A stretch of 64,000 nt of DNA from Rhizophagus irregularis. Lineage: Eukaryota. The notes beneath the pieces were generated by a model that had not been told where the DNA came from, made no database searches, and saw nothing but the letters and a program-made list of their open reading frames with translations. Position 1 is the stretch's first letter. The number at the start of each line of letters is the position of its first letter. Below, one piece after another: positions 12,720 through 26,213 of this stretch. Where the stretch lies: positions 3,534,001 to 3,598,000 of the forward strand of contig NC_089432.1 of NCBI RefSeq assembly GCF_026210795.1. The letters run 5' to 3'. The position numbers and the translations under genes were made by a program.

Positions 12720-14290
12720 AGGACCCCGGATATCTCCAAAACAGGTCATAAGTCACACTTTCGGTTTAACAAAGCTGCGCTTGAATTTTATTAATTTTTG
12801 CCACAAGTTACTTTAGAGAATACCAGGTATTCAAAAAAGAACTGCAACAAAGTGCAGAACTAATCTAATACAAGAACAATAATCTTCCAAAAATACATAA
12901 AAAGAAATGCAAGATTATAAACCCAACACCCTCTCTATATAAATAACTATGGCTACCCCCCTCCCCCCCAAATTATATCTCAAACCCGGTAGAATCGACT
13001 ATGCTATACGTACCCAGCGAGACCCCTTGCTACATTTAAAGATCAAAGAATCCCATTGCCAAATACCATTAGCGCTATCAAAAATACACAAAATTCAATT
13101 TCCCCTATTTGACTACATACTATGAATAACAAACCTATTTCACAAAGATCTCAGGGAACTTTTTAGTGTCGTGCAGTCCAGCCGATGGGCAACTTTTTAG
13201 TGTCGTGCAATCCCCGAAGGGACACCCACCTCATTTCGAACGATCCCAAATGGAGGACACCCACCTCATTGCGAACAATCCATCGACCTAAGATCTACCT
13301 AGATAAGTCAATCCAATGATAGTCCAACATGTGACCACCTTGATTGGCATACTACAAAAACTGCGGTACCCAACCTGTCACCCCCCTTATCACCCAGATG
13401 ATCATCGATTTTCAAAATTAGTAACACCAAGCCACCATGATGATCAAATTTTCCAGTATCCCCCCACCCCCAAAGAAAATAAGATTACACCGAAAAAGCG
13501 ACCAAGAAAAACAAAAAGCAAAAAATAAAAACATAAACCTCAGGAAAACTCGAAGTGCAATGAGAAAAACCTGAGTAAAAAACACCAAACATACACCTCA
13601 ACTCCGTCTCCTTATTTTAGAAGACTAACTCCCCATTAACAACATCAACTAGCAAGAAATACGTTAGTCAGGAGCTCCTTCCAAGAAATACCGGTCCGGC
13701 CTGCGAACCACTTGGCCAGTTAGACTTTAAAGGCGTAGGAACCAAGATGCACTACTTTTCAACCTTTCAGAAAGCCCAGGGAACGTTCGTATGGAACTGC
13801 CATCTTACAGTATTATTGGTAACTCCAAGACTCATGATAACGGTCCTAACTCAATATAAGCCGTAAGGAGTTCGGGCGAAACTAAAGACCTCAGTAATAA
13901 CTTCATATAACGTCGAAAAGTCCTTTTACTATCACTCAAGGCAAAAAATCCTCATATTTTTCATCCATAACTTCATGGGAAAAAATGGGCAAAGCCCAAC
14001 GGGAGAGAAAGTACGATGATCTCTAAGTCACACTTTTGGCAGATTGGCCCATTTTTCAGGAGCTTAAAAAATCGTTTTTTGTAAATATCTCGGCATCCAG
14101 TAGTCCAATTTTGATGAACATTTTTTTAAATTGTAGAGCTAAATGAGGGCTACAAAATAAAAAAAGTTCATTAAAATTGAATTACTGGATGCTGAGATAT
14201 TTACAAAAAACGATTTTTTGAGTTTCAGCAAAAAGGGGTGTTTTTGGCCAAAAGTCCATTATGACCTTTATATTAGATATCCGGGGTCCT
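12720..14290. mobile_element. ~295-bp fold-back MITE family, copy 1, split by a retroelement insertion
   Basis: TIR AGGACCCCGGATATCT...AGATATCCGGGGTCCT; 8-bp TSD ATGATAAC/ATGATAAT. The two halves (12720-12764 and 14024-14290) match copies 2 and 3. Confidence 0.9.
12765..14023 (-). mobile_element. 5'-truncated non-LTR retrotransposon (LINE) 3' fragment
   Basis: Flanked by a 16-bp TSD TAAGTCACACTTT(C/T)GG (12749-12764 and 14024-14039). No TIRs. The minus strand is G/T-rich and ends ...AATAAAATTCAAGCGCAGCTTTGTTAAA (polyA signal plus short A tail). No RT motif is retained. Confidence 0.7.
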
Positions 14291-15789
14291 ATGATAATGC
14301 TACAATTCTATATGAACAGTCCTTTGGATTCACAGAATTTAACTCGACACATTATATGGAATATATAACAAAATTAGCACGTAACGGAGTGGATGATTTA
14401 AATTATCACTTCTTATAATATTGCAAATGCTCTGCGAAGAAACTCAAATCGGCTATTAAGCCTCAATATTTCCTAAGAAGGTATTGAACAATCATATTGT
14501 GGTTGCTAAAATTAGTCACACTGAGGCTTATCGATTACCTTTTCAGATTAAATATAATTAAATCAATTACTTTCTTCTTTCGTAAAAAAAAAAATTTTTT
14601 TTTTCGCAATTATTTATTAATATATTTAATTTAATTTATTTTATTTTATTATTATTATTGATTAGGATTTTCACCAAATTATTCCTTAAACGTACAAGTA
14701 GATCACTTTTAATAAAATAGAATAAAAATAAAATTTTTTTTTTTATTTTTTGTGATTGTAAAATAACTACAGCTCATTAATTAAGCCTTAATATTTCCTA
14801 AATAATAAACAATATTATTGTGGCTGTGAGATTTTTTAAAATTAGTCGCTGGGCTTATCAATTACCTTTTTTTGGATTTAATTTCTTTTTTTTTCTGACA
14901 CGTCATAAATTTATTAGTTAAAAAAAAAAATTTTTTTTCTCACATTTTTGCATTGCAAATTTTTTTTATAAAATAAGACTCAAGTTTGCAAGATGGGAGG
15001 GTGGATGCTATTATTTCACCCAATATTTATTGCAAGTGTTTTAGTGTTTTAAAAATCTTTGAAACTTCACGAAGTACATATATAAAAATAAATAACTAAT
15101 TACTTAAATAACATTTGCGTTATAATGTATAGTACAAATAAGATAAAATAGAAAATTGTAGGACTTTGTTTTCTATCCTACGATAATTAACCAATAAAGT
15201 ATATTAACCTACAATTGTTTTTTTCTAAATACAATCTACCCTTGGTATAGCAAAAAAGCCGTCCTGCACCTCAACTTCATTAGCGAAGAATTTTTGGTTG
15301 TTTTGTTATAGCGAGGGACATATTTTATTGGATAAGCATCACGTGATTCGTAATCGTGCATCAGATTAAATATAGAAAAAAATTTGATAATTTGTACTAT
15401 GTACTCTCTGAAACATAAAAATAAAAATAAATAATAAACTTTAGAATTTAGCACAACAGAAATCATAATTCGCAGTTGCGCTCCTTAATGATTAATCATG
15501 TGATAATTGTAATATATCAATTATTAGAATTATCAGAATTAAAATAATCACTATAAAACAATTATAAATAATAATATCAATGATCGCATCGGTTAATTTT
15601 ACCACAGATCAGTCTGTGTGACAGACTTACTTAAGTGCAAATTTATAAATGGATTTTCCCATTTTTTTTTTTACTTTTTTTTTTATATTAAAAAAATTAT
15701 TTTTTTTTTATAATTGCACCAAGTTACTGAGAAATTTCTGACTGTTAAAGTTCTTAATAGATATTAAAATTTTCCTTATTCCTTAATTT

Positions 15790-17000
15790 CATGTTTAGTA
15801 TTTGTTACAGAACTAATGCAAATTTTGTGACAAGATTTCTTCAGGAAAGATTTTCTAGCTTCCTTCAGATAAAAAATATCTTTCTTTGGATTTTGAAACA
15901 CAAAACCATTCATATTTTCGAAATTTCATTAACTAAGATATACTTTTCATTTTCAAAATATAAATTAGATATTAGCTCAAATTTTGATACTTAGAGATAC
16001 GATAAAATTATCTACACTTTATCATGATAGAAGCGACAGATCCTTTGGAAGAAATCTTAAAAAAATGTTGCTCAAGTCAAAGGTGATGTTACTCAAGTCA
16101 AAGCTGGCATTAGTAAAACAAATTCAATGTTTGGTAATCAATTTGAGATTTCTGTACGATATACTGCAAAAGAGTTTGGTCAACATTATGCAGAAAGTTT
16201 CAACCTGTTTGACCTGTATGGAGTAGTATGACTTGCTTTTATAAAAGAAAGACTTCCAGGTGAAAGTTGACAATATTATACCCAAGCTTATTTATTAGAA
16301 TGTTATATTCACAACTTGACCAATAAAATTTATGTAAGTAGTAGCTATAGCTAGATGGATCAGATTAATGGAAGCTAATATTTTTGAATATTTTTATAAG
16401 GAATGTATTTTACAAGAAAGATAATGAAATTAGCTTGGAATCCTCACCTCAACTTCATAAAGTTGAGACTATTTTAAATGAATATGATGAATCATTGGAG
16501 AAAGCTACAGAGAATAACTTTGTTGATCTTGATTCAATCTTATTTGTACCTAGTTATCAAGGCAATTACAAATTTCAAAAACACTGGTTGATGAAATGGG
16601 TAGGTAACATATTTCAAGTTCCTACTATTAATTGTCTACTTTTTAACTTATATGATTTTATTAATCCTTTATATTTGTAGTTTAACATGTTATCAATTAA
16701 CAAAACATGTCTTAAATAATGAAGGGAGTAGTGAACATCAGTATCGAAGCTGGTTTGTGAATTTGCTATATGAAGACATGTTTCTTGATTTAAACAATAC
16801 TATCTGATTACTAACGTAAGACTGATAGTTTTTAAAATAACATTTTTAGTATGACAGATTAGATGGTATAAAATGTTAAAGAAAAAAAGGAACTGATGGC
16901 ACATATTGACAGTATATTAAATGATGAAAACAAATTAAAAATTTTGGGATTAACTGTTAAAGAAGCATCGAAGGAAACATTGTTAGAGTATTATGTACTA
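15790..17000 (+). pseudogene. Degraded multi-exon gene of unknown family
   Basis: Coding-like segments (LESSPQLHKVETILNEYDESLEKA.., QYRSWFVNLLYEDMFLDLN) with splice-like sites, interrupted by stops. Confidence 0.35.
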
Positions 17001-17797
17001 CCACTACTATCACAATTTCATCCTTCTCCATCATGATTGTGATTAAGACCACAATATTTCCCATATCTACTACCTTCATCATATTCTAAATTTACATGAT
17101 TTTTTTCTGCTTTTTCCTTAATAATATCTTATACAATAAATGAATATGTAATCATTTGCTTGAATAGTCCATTCTTACTGGTGAGTTAAAACAAAATTTA
17201 TATTTTTTTCGTCTTTTGTCATTATTTGCCAATAATACTAAATACTTACATAATCTCGTGCTTTTCTTTCCTACTTCTTATAGTCAAACCTGCCTAAAGA
17301 ACACATTCACATTATTATAGAGCAACCTGATGCCACCAGTAAGTGAGTCATAATAAATTAGTCAACATATTTTGACTTAATCTTCAAATTCACAAACCTA
17401 TACTGATATCTTAGGTTTTTACATCTTATTAGGAATAGAAAATTTGACAGCTGGTATTGCAGGAATCCAATTTCAAGGTAATTGATTGTTTTGGCCATAT
17501 AAGAATTTTATTACGATGTAAATGGACAAATATTAAGCGAGAGCAAATAATATATACCAAATGGACAAATGTGAACGTCAAGTACTAAGTACGAATGAAC
17601 TAATCTCGAATCAGCGTGAATGGATAAATGATTAGCTGAAAAGGATAAACATTTAGGAAGAGTAATGATCTACATGATGTAATATTTATCGAATGATTGA
17701 CAAAGAACCAATAGAATAATTAGAGTCGATCAATTGCGGCTTAGCAATCTTTAACAATAAGAATAATTAGAATGAATAATTATAAGCCACAAAAGAT

Positions 17798-18093
17798 AGG
17801 ACCCAGGATATCTCCAAAACAGGTCATAAGTCACACTTTCGGCAGATTGGCCCATTTTTCAGGGGCTCAAAAAATCATTTTTTGTAAATATCTCGGCATT
17901 TAGTAGTCCAATTTTGATGAACTTTTTTTTAAATTGTAGAACTAAATTAGGGTTACAAAATAAAAAAAGTTCATTAAAATTGAATTACTGGATGCTGAGA
18001 TATTTACAAAAAACGATTTTTTGAGTTTCAGCAAAAAGGGATGTTTTTGGCCAAAAGTCCATTATGACCTTTATATTAGATATCTGGGGTCCT
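17798..18093. mobile_element. Fold-back MITE family, copy 2
   Basis: Same TIRs and internal long inverted repeat; perfect 8-bp TSD CAAAAGAT. Confidence 0.92.
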
Positions 18094-19326
18094 CAAAAGA
18101 TAGATTATAAGCAGAACACTTAAAGCGAATTAAAAGAACATATAAAATAATGTCAGAAAGATTAAAGAACATAAAATAATATAAAAAAATAGTATAAAGA
18201 TGGAATATAAAAGATAACATATTAAAAAGAACATATATAAAAAGATAGCATATTAAAAGATAGCGTATTTAAAATATAGATAGCATATTAGAAAAATAGT
18301 TTAAAGATAATATGTAAAAAGTACATAAAAGATAGTATATAGATAGAATAGAAAGTAGCATAAAATTTGTATAAATAGAGAGCGGAATTCAAAGTAATTC
18401 CATAGTTCTCATTTACAGAACTCAATAAAAATATAAGTTTCATTTAATTATTTGTTAGTAAAGTTTAATATTAATTAAAGGTAATAGGTTCACCCTAAAC
18501 TTTAATTAATGTTTGCTTAATTAATTTTAATTGATTAAAATGAAAATTTTAAGATGAATTAAATATACGTTTTTGAAAAGTAATAATTCGTAGCGAGAGC
18601 TATCGAAGTTTAAAATTAAAGGTAAAAGTGGATATGATTTGGAGAAAATTTAGAGAAGTTAAATTTTATTTTATATCGCTTGGTGTTTTATATTACTAAC
18701 GCTATTTATGTTGAGAACCAAGAATGTTGTTGTTATATGTTGTTGTATGTTGTTTGTTGATTATGTTGTTTGTTAATTATGCCGTTGATTATTTGCTTGT
18801 TCGTTTAATTGTTCGTTCGTTTGATTATTCATTCGTTCGACCATGAGAATGCCCGTTCAATGTGGCAACTCTGTAAATTGATGACAGAGGGAATTAGGGG
18901 ATCTCAACGAAATATTTGAATACTCTTTACTCACATTCCATCTAATTGCAAAAAAGATAAGGAAATATAGATACGCTATAATGATGAATGCATTCCTATC
19001 AAACAAAGTACTTACTCTCTGACAAATACTTAAAAGTATTATCAAGAGCATTAAGACAATGGAAGAGAAGGAAGACGAGGGAGAATAAGGCCACAATTCT
19101 GTAGTCAAAATTTGTAGTAAAAATCGATGGATAAAGCTTATTTTTTTAGTGCTTTTTTGGTCAGTCCACTCTTTCAGTAAATTTATTACCATGTCTTTAT
19201 ATCCCAAATGCAAGTAATATTCCAGAAGGATCCTATAGAAATGTGTTAAAAAGTTTCCTCCTTGGAGCTATATATTTAGGTGTACAACAAATCGCTGTGA
19301 GGTAATTATATACAGTTCATGACATA

Positions 19327-19570
19327 TAAGGTTGCTTGTCTAAACCTCTTCAAAATCCTACGATTAGTTTCGTCAAAATTTTACTATAGATTTATTATAG
19401 TTTTGGCAGAGTTTCAGCAGTTTCAGCATTTATAATAAGTTTCAGCAGTTTCGCCATTCTCCAAAGTTTTGCCAGTTTTTTAATATAACTTTAATATAGT
19501 TTTGGCAGAATTTCGCTTTTCGGCGAAACGCCATCTTGCCTAAACCCTTAGGTTTCGGCAAGCAACCTTA
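19327..19570. mobile_element. 244-bp hAT-type MITE inserted into the Tc1 TIR
   Basis: TIR TAAGGTTGCTTGTCTAAACC...GGTTTCGGCAAGCAACCTTA; 8-bp TSD ATGACATA/ATGATATA; internal GTTTCGGC/GTTTCAGC motifs. Confidence 0.8.
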
Positions 19571-19692
19571 ATGATATAAATATCCAGAATTTTATCACAA
19601 TATATAAAAACATAATAACTGAAATTTTATTTTTTTATTTCAAATTTATACCATTAATAGCTTAAGATGTGCAGATAAACATACTTTAAAAG

Positions 19693-20713
19693 TTAGTAAT
19701 TTATCGTATAACCATTATTTTCTATGACCATGTTAATCCGATCTGACATGCTATCTGCTAAACTAAAGAAGAGATTTTTATCAATATTATCCCATTCTTG
19801 CTGAATTATGCCTTGAAAATCATTAGCACCAAGTGATTTTTTTTCATAACCCAATTATTAACCCTTCTTTCTACATTTTCTTTAAGAATCGCCCATAAAT
19901 TTTTGATGGGGTTCAAATCAGGTGAGTTTGCAGGCCAATTAATAACCGGAACATCATTAATCACAAAAAATTGATGAGTAAGCTTCGTGATATGCATTGG
20001 CGCATTGTTCTGCTGAAAATTCCATTTATAACCAGCATGATAAGTATTAGGAAGTAGTTGAGATTGAAGGATTTTACAGTATTTAGCAGAATTCATGTTT
20101 TCTGTAAATAATACAATTCCAATTGGCCCTTGGTGGCAAAATGCACCCCAAATATGAACCTTATATAGATGTTTTACCATAGGATGTACTGGATGTAGGT
20201 TTCTAGCCTTGTAATATACAATTTGAGTATTATGAAATGTCTGAAATGCACGTTCATCTGAAAAAATTGTGAGAGTCCAGTTATCTTGGATGTGATTTAA
20301 GGTCCATTGAAGACGAATTTCAACATGACTTTCTTTAAGAAGAGAAACAGACTATGGTCTACAAACAATATAATTAAGTTTATTTTTAAGAGTACATTGT
20401 ACAGTTTAGGTTGATACATTAAGATCTGAATACAAATTATTCAGCTTTGTTGTCATTAAAGCTGAAGTTGTTGCATTATCATTTTTAAGAAGATGGCCAA
20501 GATATCGATGTTTTTTGGTGTCAGAATAAGAGGACAACCAGAAATAGGTAAGTGTTCAACACTTCCTGTTTTTTTTAGATGATTGATAATGTCATATACT
20601 GTAGACTTTGGAAAACCAGTCATTTTAATTATTTCAGAGGGTTTTCATATATTATTATCCCATAACTCCTTAACAGTCAACCTTTGCATTTCAAATACCG
20701 AAGTGGGTGCCAT
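19693..20713 (-). pseudogene. Tc1-family DDE transposase pseudogene
   Basis: N-terminal HTH (EIIKMTGFPKSTVYDII), FSDE, VHIWGAF, FQQNNAP, WPANSPDLNPIKNLW, C-terminal NGYTINY*. Frameshifts present; catalytic D and E appear mutated to N and K. Confidence 0.88.
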
Positions 20714-21309
20714 GATTTTATTTTGCTGCTGATAAACAATCAGGTGAGAATTTTTCACACTATATTTATGTTTAAAAAGGGCTGATCAACTTCCATTTTA
20801 ATTATTATTTTGGTTGTACAAGACTTGGTGTGACAGCACTTCTTTATGCATAAAAATAAAAATTCTGAATATTTATGTCGTAAACTGTATATATGTAATG
20901 CAGTTTTAACATCATTGTAGATAATTAATAAAATTTATGCAAATCACTGCTGTTTTTTTTGGAATTAATTTTACCGATCAGAGTTTTAACTCAGATTAAA
21001 ATGGTTTCATGGTTTCACTAGACGATCTGAATATCTTAGAAATTTATGTTTCAAAATAAAGCCTGATATAGGCAAAACTTAATTATTTTACGCAATGAGT
21101 GTCATACTTTACAATAAAAAAAATTTGCTGTTGAAATATGATATACTATTTGATACTCACAGATTATCCACAATAAACTTTGCAAGGGTATTTTATTAAT
21201 ACAATATAGCAATGATACAGCAGCATAAAAAAATAAATTACATATTCAAAACTTTGTGGATACATGATGAAATTTCTATGCTAATGGTAGACTATTATAT
21301 ACGATCATT

Positions 21310-21600
21310 CCTTAATAAATTTTTTGTCTTAACTCTCTTACTATCTGGAGATTCATCAACCTCTACCCTTCAATAACCTACGATTGCCCCTATAACTTCT
21401 TTCTTGATAAAATTTTGCATTATCTAAAATATCCTTGGTAAGTTCAATATGATAGTTGCCCTTCGTACAATAAATTCTTTCTGGCTAATCTGTAGTTAGA
21501 ATAGATGATGCAACCATGGCAAAAAAAATCTCACCTGTTGTAACGATCCCATAGAGGTAGTCGAATTTGTCTGGTACTTTTCTTTTCTTGTAAATCATAT
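21310..21600 (-). pseudogene. 3' fragment of an expanded Glomeromycota gene family (probable REase-like fold)
   Basis: KKRKVPDKFDYLYGIVTT ... PERIYCTKGNYHIELTKDIL ... RVEVDESPDSKRVK; truncated and frameshifted. Confidence 0.45.
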
Positions 21601-22203
21601 TTTAATATATGCATTATCACTAGTGCTTCTGATCACAAATGGAATAATTCCACATTTGTCATTACATCTTTTGATTTCTGGCTCTGGGATATCTAAGAAA
21701 GGGCTTTTTACGATTTCTGATTTATCATTGGGTGGACAAATCATGAAATCAAAGACAGATCCACTTTTTGGATGTATAGCTTTTTTTCACTTGTATATGA
21801 GAATCAGTCTTTTCATCAAACTTAATATTTGCAAGGAAAATGATTTGTTTGCTATGTTATTGATAATATTATTACCCTGAAGAGAAGTTAAAAGTTTCTT
21901 ATAAATAAGATCAGTAAACGTTGACCTTTTTTTTCAGCTTCTCTCTATTAGTTACATCATGTAATGATACTTTTTCTAATATAATTTAAAGAAATTAAAT
22001 GATTAATTAATAAATAAACAAGAATATTATATTGATATTTAATAAATAACTTACTTTTTAATTCCTTATTAGAAGTTTCCTTTTGACTTCTTTATTATTA
22101 TCTATTAAATTAATAACAATTTTTAAAATAAATGGTTAAATTATATTTGTTATTGCAGTATCATTTACCTTTTTGTGTTATAGCTTTTGCCTTCCATTTA
22201 ATC

Positions 22204-22495
22204 AAAGCCCCGGATATCTCCAAAACAGGTCATAAGTCACACTTTCGGCAGATTGGCCCATTTTTCATTTCAAAAAATCATTTTTGTAAATATCTCGGCA
22301 TCCAGTAGTCCAATTTTGATGAACTTTTTTTTAAATTGTAGAGCTAAATGAGGGCTACAAAATAAAAAAAGTTCATTAAAATTGAATTACTAGATGCCGA
22401 GATATTTACAAAAAACGATTTTTTGAGTTTCAGCAAAAAGGGGTGTTTTTGGCCAAAAGTCCATTATGACCTTTATATTAGATATCCAGGGTCCT
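22204..22495. mobile_element. Fold-back MITE family, copy 3
   Basis: Homologous to copies 1 and 2; left TIR mutated (AAAGCCCC); perfect 8-bp TSD ATTTAATC. Confidence 0.9.
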
Positions 22496-23379
22496 ATTTA
22501 ATCTCACTTTTATCCCTTCTAATATATAGAACCCAAATTTGTCATTAATTTCAGCTATCTTAAAAAGTCTTTCATCAAGCCGTTGTCACCAACTGAATGT
22601 CTGACACCTGCTGTCAGTAGACAAAATACCATGCATTACACAAAAATTAATATGCTTGGTTTAGATTTGAACTACACTTTAAACATTACAAACAAAATGC
22701 GAGAGGTCCCCTTTATTTATAACACTCACTCTTACTTATGCTTTAGAATTAGTACAAATAAAATACATTAATCTCCCCATATTATAATAATACTTTAATA
22801 ACTTATCTTTTATTCATAAAATAATTAATTCCAAATTTTATTTATACATAGTTTTATTTTATATTCTAAAAATTAATGAGGCAAAGCTATTGAACTTAAG
22901 TTCAAAACTTTTTATACATTTTGATATTTCGCTAAACTACTCTAAAATTAGAAGTACCCCAAATATTCCACCATAAATATTCCAAATCTTTAAATCTTTT
23001 CAAATCTAATCTTCAATATTTGAATCTTTCAAATCTTCAGATCTTGTAATCTTTTGATTCTTCAATAATAAACCATTGATGTAATAATTTCAATAATAAT
23101 AAGCTTCATAATCTTTAATCAGTAAATATTTCATTATAATATTATATTTTGTGGCTATGTTAAATATAAGTCAGGAACCTCATGAGAACTTATAATAAAT
23201 CAATAAATGTGTAGAAAGATGCACAAAATACTAATCAGGAAAAAGTACCTATTATTTATCCTACGATAAAAAATTGATCTGATTGGTTAATTTTTAATCT
23301 TTCCTAAATTTATAAACCTCTCTGGTCTTTAACGCATTTTATTTTCATTTTTTCCATTAAAATTTCCTTTCTTTTTAAT

Positions 23380-23735
23380 AAATTTACGGTAATATCAGAT
23401 TACTCAAATAATGATTTTTCTGATATTGATCTTAAAGATGAATATGGTAAACTTTTTAATGAACAAGACCAAGATATAGAATATAATCCTATAAATGAGG
23501 AAGAAGGTGAAGTTAATGATAATTTTGAAAGAGAAAATGCATCTCATTCTCGTCAAACTTCGCTAACATGGAAGCATTATAATAATAATGATAATACACC
23601 TCAGCATCTTGGACTTCCAGTTTGATGCAAATGTCAAAAACCATTTGCAGAAAAACTAGTATTACAACTTTAAAGCGTCATCTTTTTCTTGTACATAAAA
23701 TAAGAATAGTTACTGTAAAAAATACGCGTTCTTGA
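23380..23735 (+). pseudogene. BED zinc-finger fragment (hAT transposase N-terminus remnant)
   Basis: Acidic leader, then RQTSLTWKHY...PV*CKCQKPF..TSITTLKRHLFLVHKI, with a stop and a frameshift. Confidence 0.6.
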
Positions 23736-24129
23736 TTAATAACCAGGATGTCTCAAAATACCAGAGATTGACTGATATCTCCAATACGAATCCACACCTA
23801 TTCTTAGCGACCTATCAGAGATATATCCAAGTCCACTGGACCATCTGTTCATTTTACTGCATAAAAACATATTTTTAATCCAGTGACAACACTGTCTTAA
23901 ACATAATTAATAATAAGTAATGACTTTATTTTTATAATTATTTCTGCTATTTTCAATTTTTATTTTCGATTTGTTTCATAAAAACTTATTGTTAAATATT
24001 ACATGTATATACTGTAAATAAATTTTTTTTTCAATATATCCATTTTATCCTAATAAATTAACAAATTCGTAAATTTTTTTATCAAAAAACTTTTTGTATT
24101 TCATATTAAATTTCATAATAATTCCTCTG

Positions 24130-24176
24130 CTGTCATACCTTCGTGGCGTGTGTACTGGTGATAAAGTACTGGCTAG
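24130..24176 (+). mobile_element. Putative Helitron 3' terminus, third copy (opposite orientation)
   Basis: CGTGGCGTGTGTACTGGTGATAAAGTACTGGCTAG|T, with a small GTACT..AGTAC hairpin. Confidence 0.4.
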
Positions 24177-24937
24177 TCAGATCAATTTAAACAACGAATA
24201 TTCAAATACATATTATGATTCTATAACTAAACTGACTCATCTGAACTTCTGATGATTGATAATATTAATTTTATGAATATATCATATAAAAATAGAAAAG
24301 TTTTAATAATAATATTTTAATTATTATAACGTGTGAAATGGTGTGGTGGTCGTGGTGGTAATACTGTGGTAGATTGTGGTAAGTGTACATAATCCAAATC
24401 GGATTTTTAATTGTGAATCCGGAGCGTCGACTCAATTTACTAGCATTTCATTTTAAGGATAATGCTGCCTCGGATTATGTAACACCCAGAGTAGAAATTC
24501 AATGATTCATTCCGGATAATATGTTCAATCATCATTACGATGTAAACACGGTAAATCGAAGCGCTTGGATAAGGCGGAAAGGTCCTTGCTCATATTATAT
24601 GGTTATTGGAAGAGGTACAAAAGCCAGAAAACGATTCACAAAGCGGTGAAGAATCAAGGAAAATAAAAAGGGTAAAATCATTAAGTAAACTTGCGGAGGT
24701 AGATAAGTCTTAACATAGAAAAATTCGTCACCTATGTGTTACGTGTCCCTGTATTTATTGTTTATCTGTATTAATAAAAAAAAAATATTGGTCATCTAAA
24801 TCAATTATACCACACTGTGCGAAAAAAGTAATTTACAAGCAAAAAATTGACTTTGGTTATTAAATCATCAACAATAAATTTTCCGTAGTTCTCTGATCAC
24901 AAATCTATGTAAGTTTACAAAATATTAGTATTTTCTA

Positions 24938-25520
24938 TTATATCTGGCCTTCCGACGATCTCTCATAAAATTGTTTAACTTTAGCACCAAATTTTTCTAA
25001 CCACTTCCCTTCATCAGTTATTTTCCACCTTATACTCGCATCCTCGACGAACGCAACAAGTGATTTTAGCTCTCCCTCAAACTTGCCTATTAATTCTGAA
25101 ATCGACATTTTCTCTCCAAACTTGATAATTCCAATGATTTGACATAATTCGCAGTAATCCTGAATAATTGCTTGACATGGATCGGAGTGAAGTTGCAACA
25201 GAGTTGCAAGGCCGAAATCTATAAGATAAAAATGACCATTCCTATGTATAACGTTTCGTATGGCCACATCTCCATGTGTGTAACCACGGGCATGTATCTT
25301 CTCCAAGCACAATAATAGATCCAGAATTATTTCAGAAATCCATGATTCCAGTGGTTGCCTCGCAAAATCGGTTAGTAAAACCAGGAATCCTTCCTTTATA
25401 TAACCTTCGAAGAGAATTGTGGGAACGCAAGAAAGATCACCTAGTCCATGCAACGCTGATATTTCACGGTAAACTTGAGAGATTTCAGTGTCTTTGCGTG
25501 AGACACCCTTAGGAATTAAT
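24938..25520 (-). pseudogene. Protein kinase-like domain, 5'-truncated (orphan C-terminal part)
   Basis: REISALHGL, HGDVAIRNVI and LIDFGLA are present; no G-loop and no ATG start upstream. Confidence 0.65.
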
Positions 25521-25689
25521 TTACCTTCAAAACGGCATCCTTTATTTCATATTCAAAAAAAATGTGGTGTTTTTTATAGTAATTTATTATGAAAATTTCG
25601 TCTATCAATTTAGAACTCTAAAATATTTATTATTATTACGGAACGGAATTGAAATAATTTAACAATGCATCATTTATTTATAGTACAAT

Positions 25690-26010
25690 TTTTATGGAGA
25701 TAGAGCATGTGAATATTATGAGAAAATAGCCAATAAAAAATTGCTCAATGGAACAATTTAGATTAGGTTAGTTTTATAAAAATGGAATAAATGTTAAAAT
25801 TTAAGATTTAAAAATATCTACACATTGGTATAAAAAAGCTGTAAATAATGGACAATTGATGGCTATATATGATCTTAATTTCTTATATAAAAATGGAAAA
25901 GTATTGAGGAGGTTTCGGAAAAGTCTATCGCGTAATCTGCCAAACGTTCTCGTAATTATTTAACATTAAATTTACGATAACGTCACGATTAAAGAAATTG
26001 TTATGAAGTA
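25690..26010 (+). pseudogene. Scrambled Sel1-repeat and TKL kinase fragments
   Basis: HWYKKAVNNGQLMAIYDL..LYKNG followed by GGFGKVYR..NVTIKEIV, similar to the 31-37 kb gene; stops present. Confidence 0.5.
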
Positions 26011-26213
26011 ATTATAATATTTAAATCTCTAATCTGCATGGTATACAACTTTACGTAATTATTGATCGTCTGACTGATTTGTGCGACAGCTTTAAAATCA
26101 GTTGATGAAATTTTTTTTTACGTGATTTTATTTGGATTTTTTTTTTAAAAAAACCATATTTAATGTAAATGTATAACAATACTCAACTTCAACTACTACA
26201 TTGGAGACTACGC

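Larger units (their letters stand above)
19313..20887 (-). mobile_element. Full-length but decayed Tc1/mariner transposon
   Basis: TA|CAGTTCATGACATA..AATATCCAGAATTTT at the left matches TA|CAGTTTACGACATAAATATTCAGAATTTT (reverse complement) at the right; TA TSD; encloses a transposase pseudogene. Confidence 0.85.

Noticed and set aside
14455..14885. Degenerate direct repeat about 325 bp apart
   Set aside because: An old local duplication with no termini or coding signal.
9689..24176. Giant TIR element formed by inverted CTAGCCAGTA motifs
   Set aside because: No TSD, and a third copy exists at 5643; independent Helitron-like ends explain it better.
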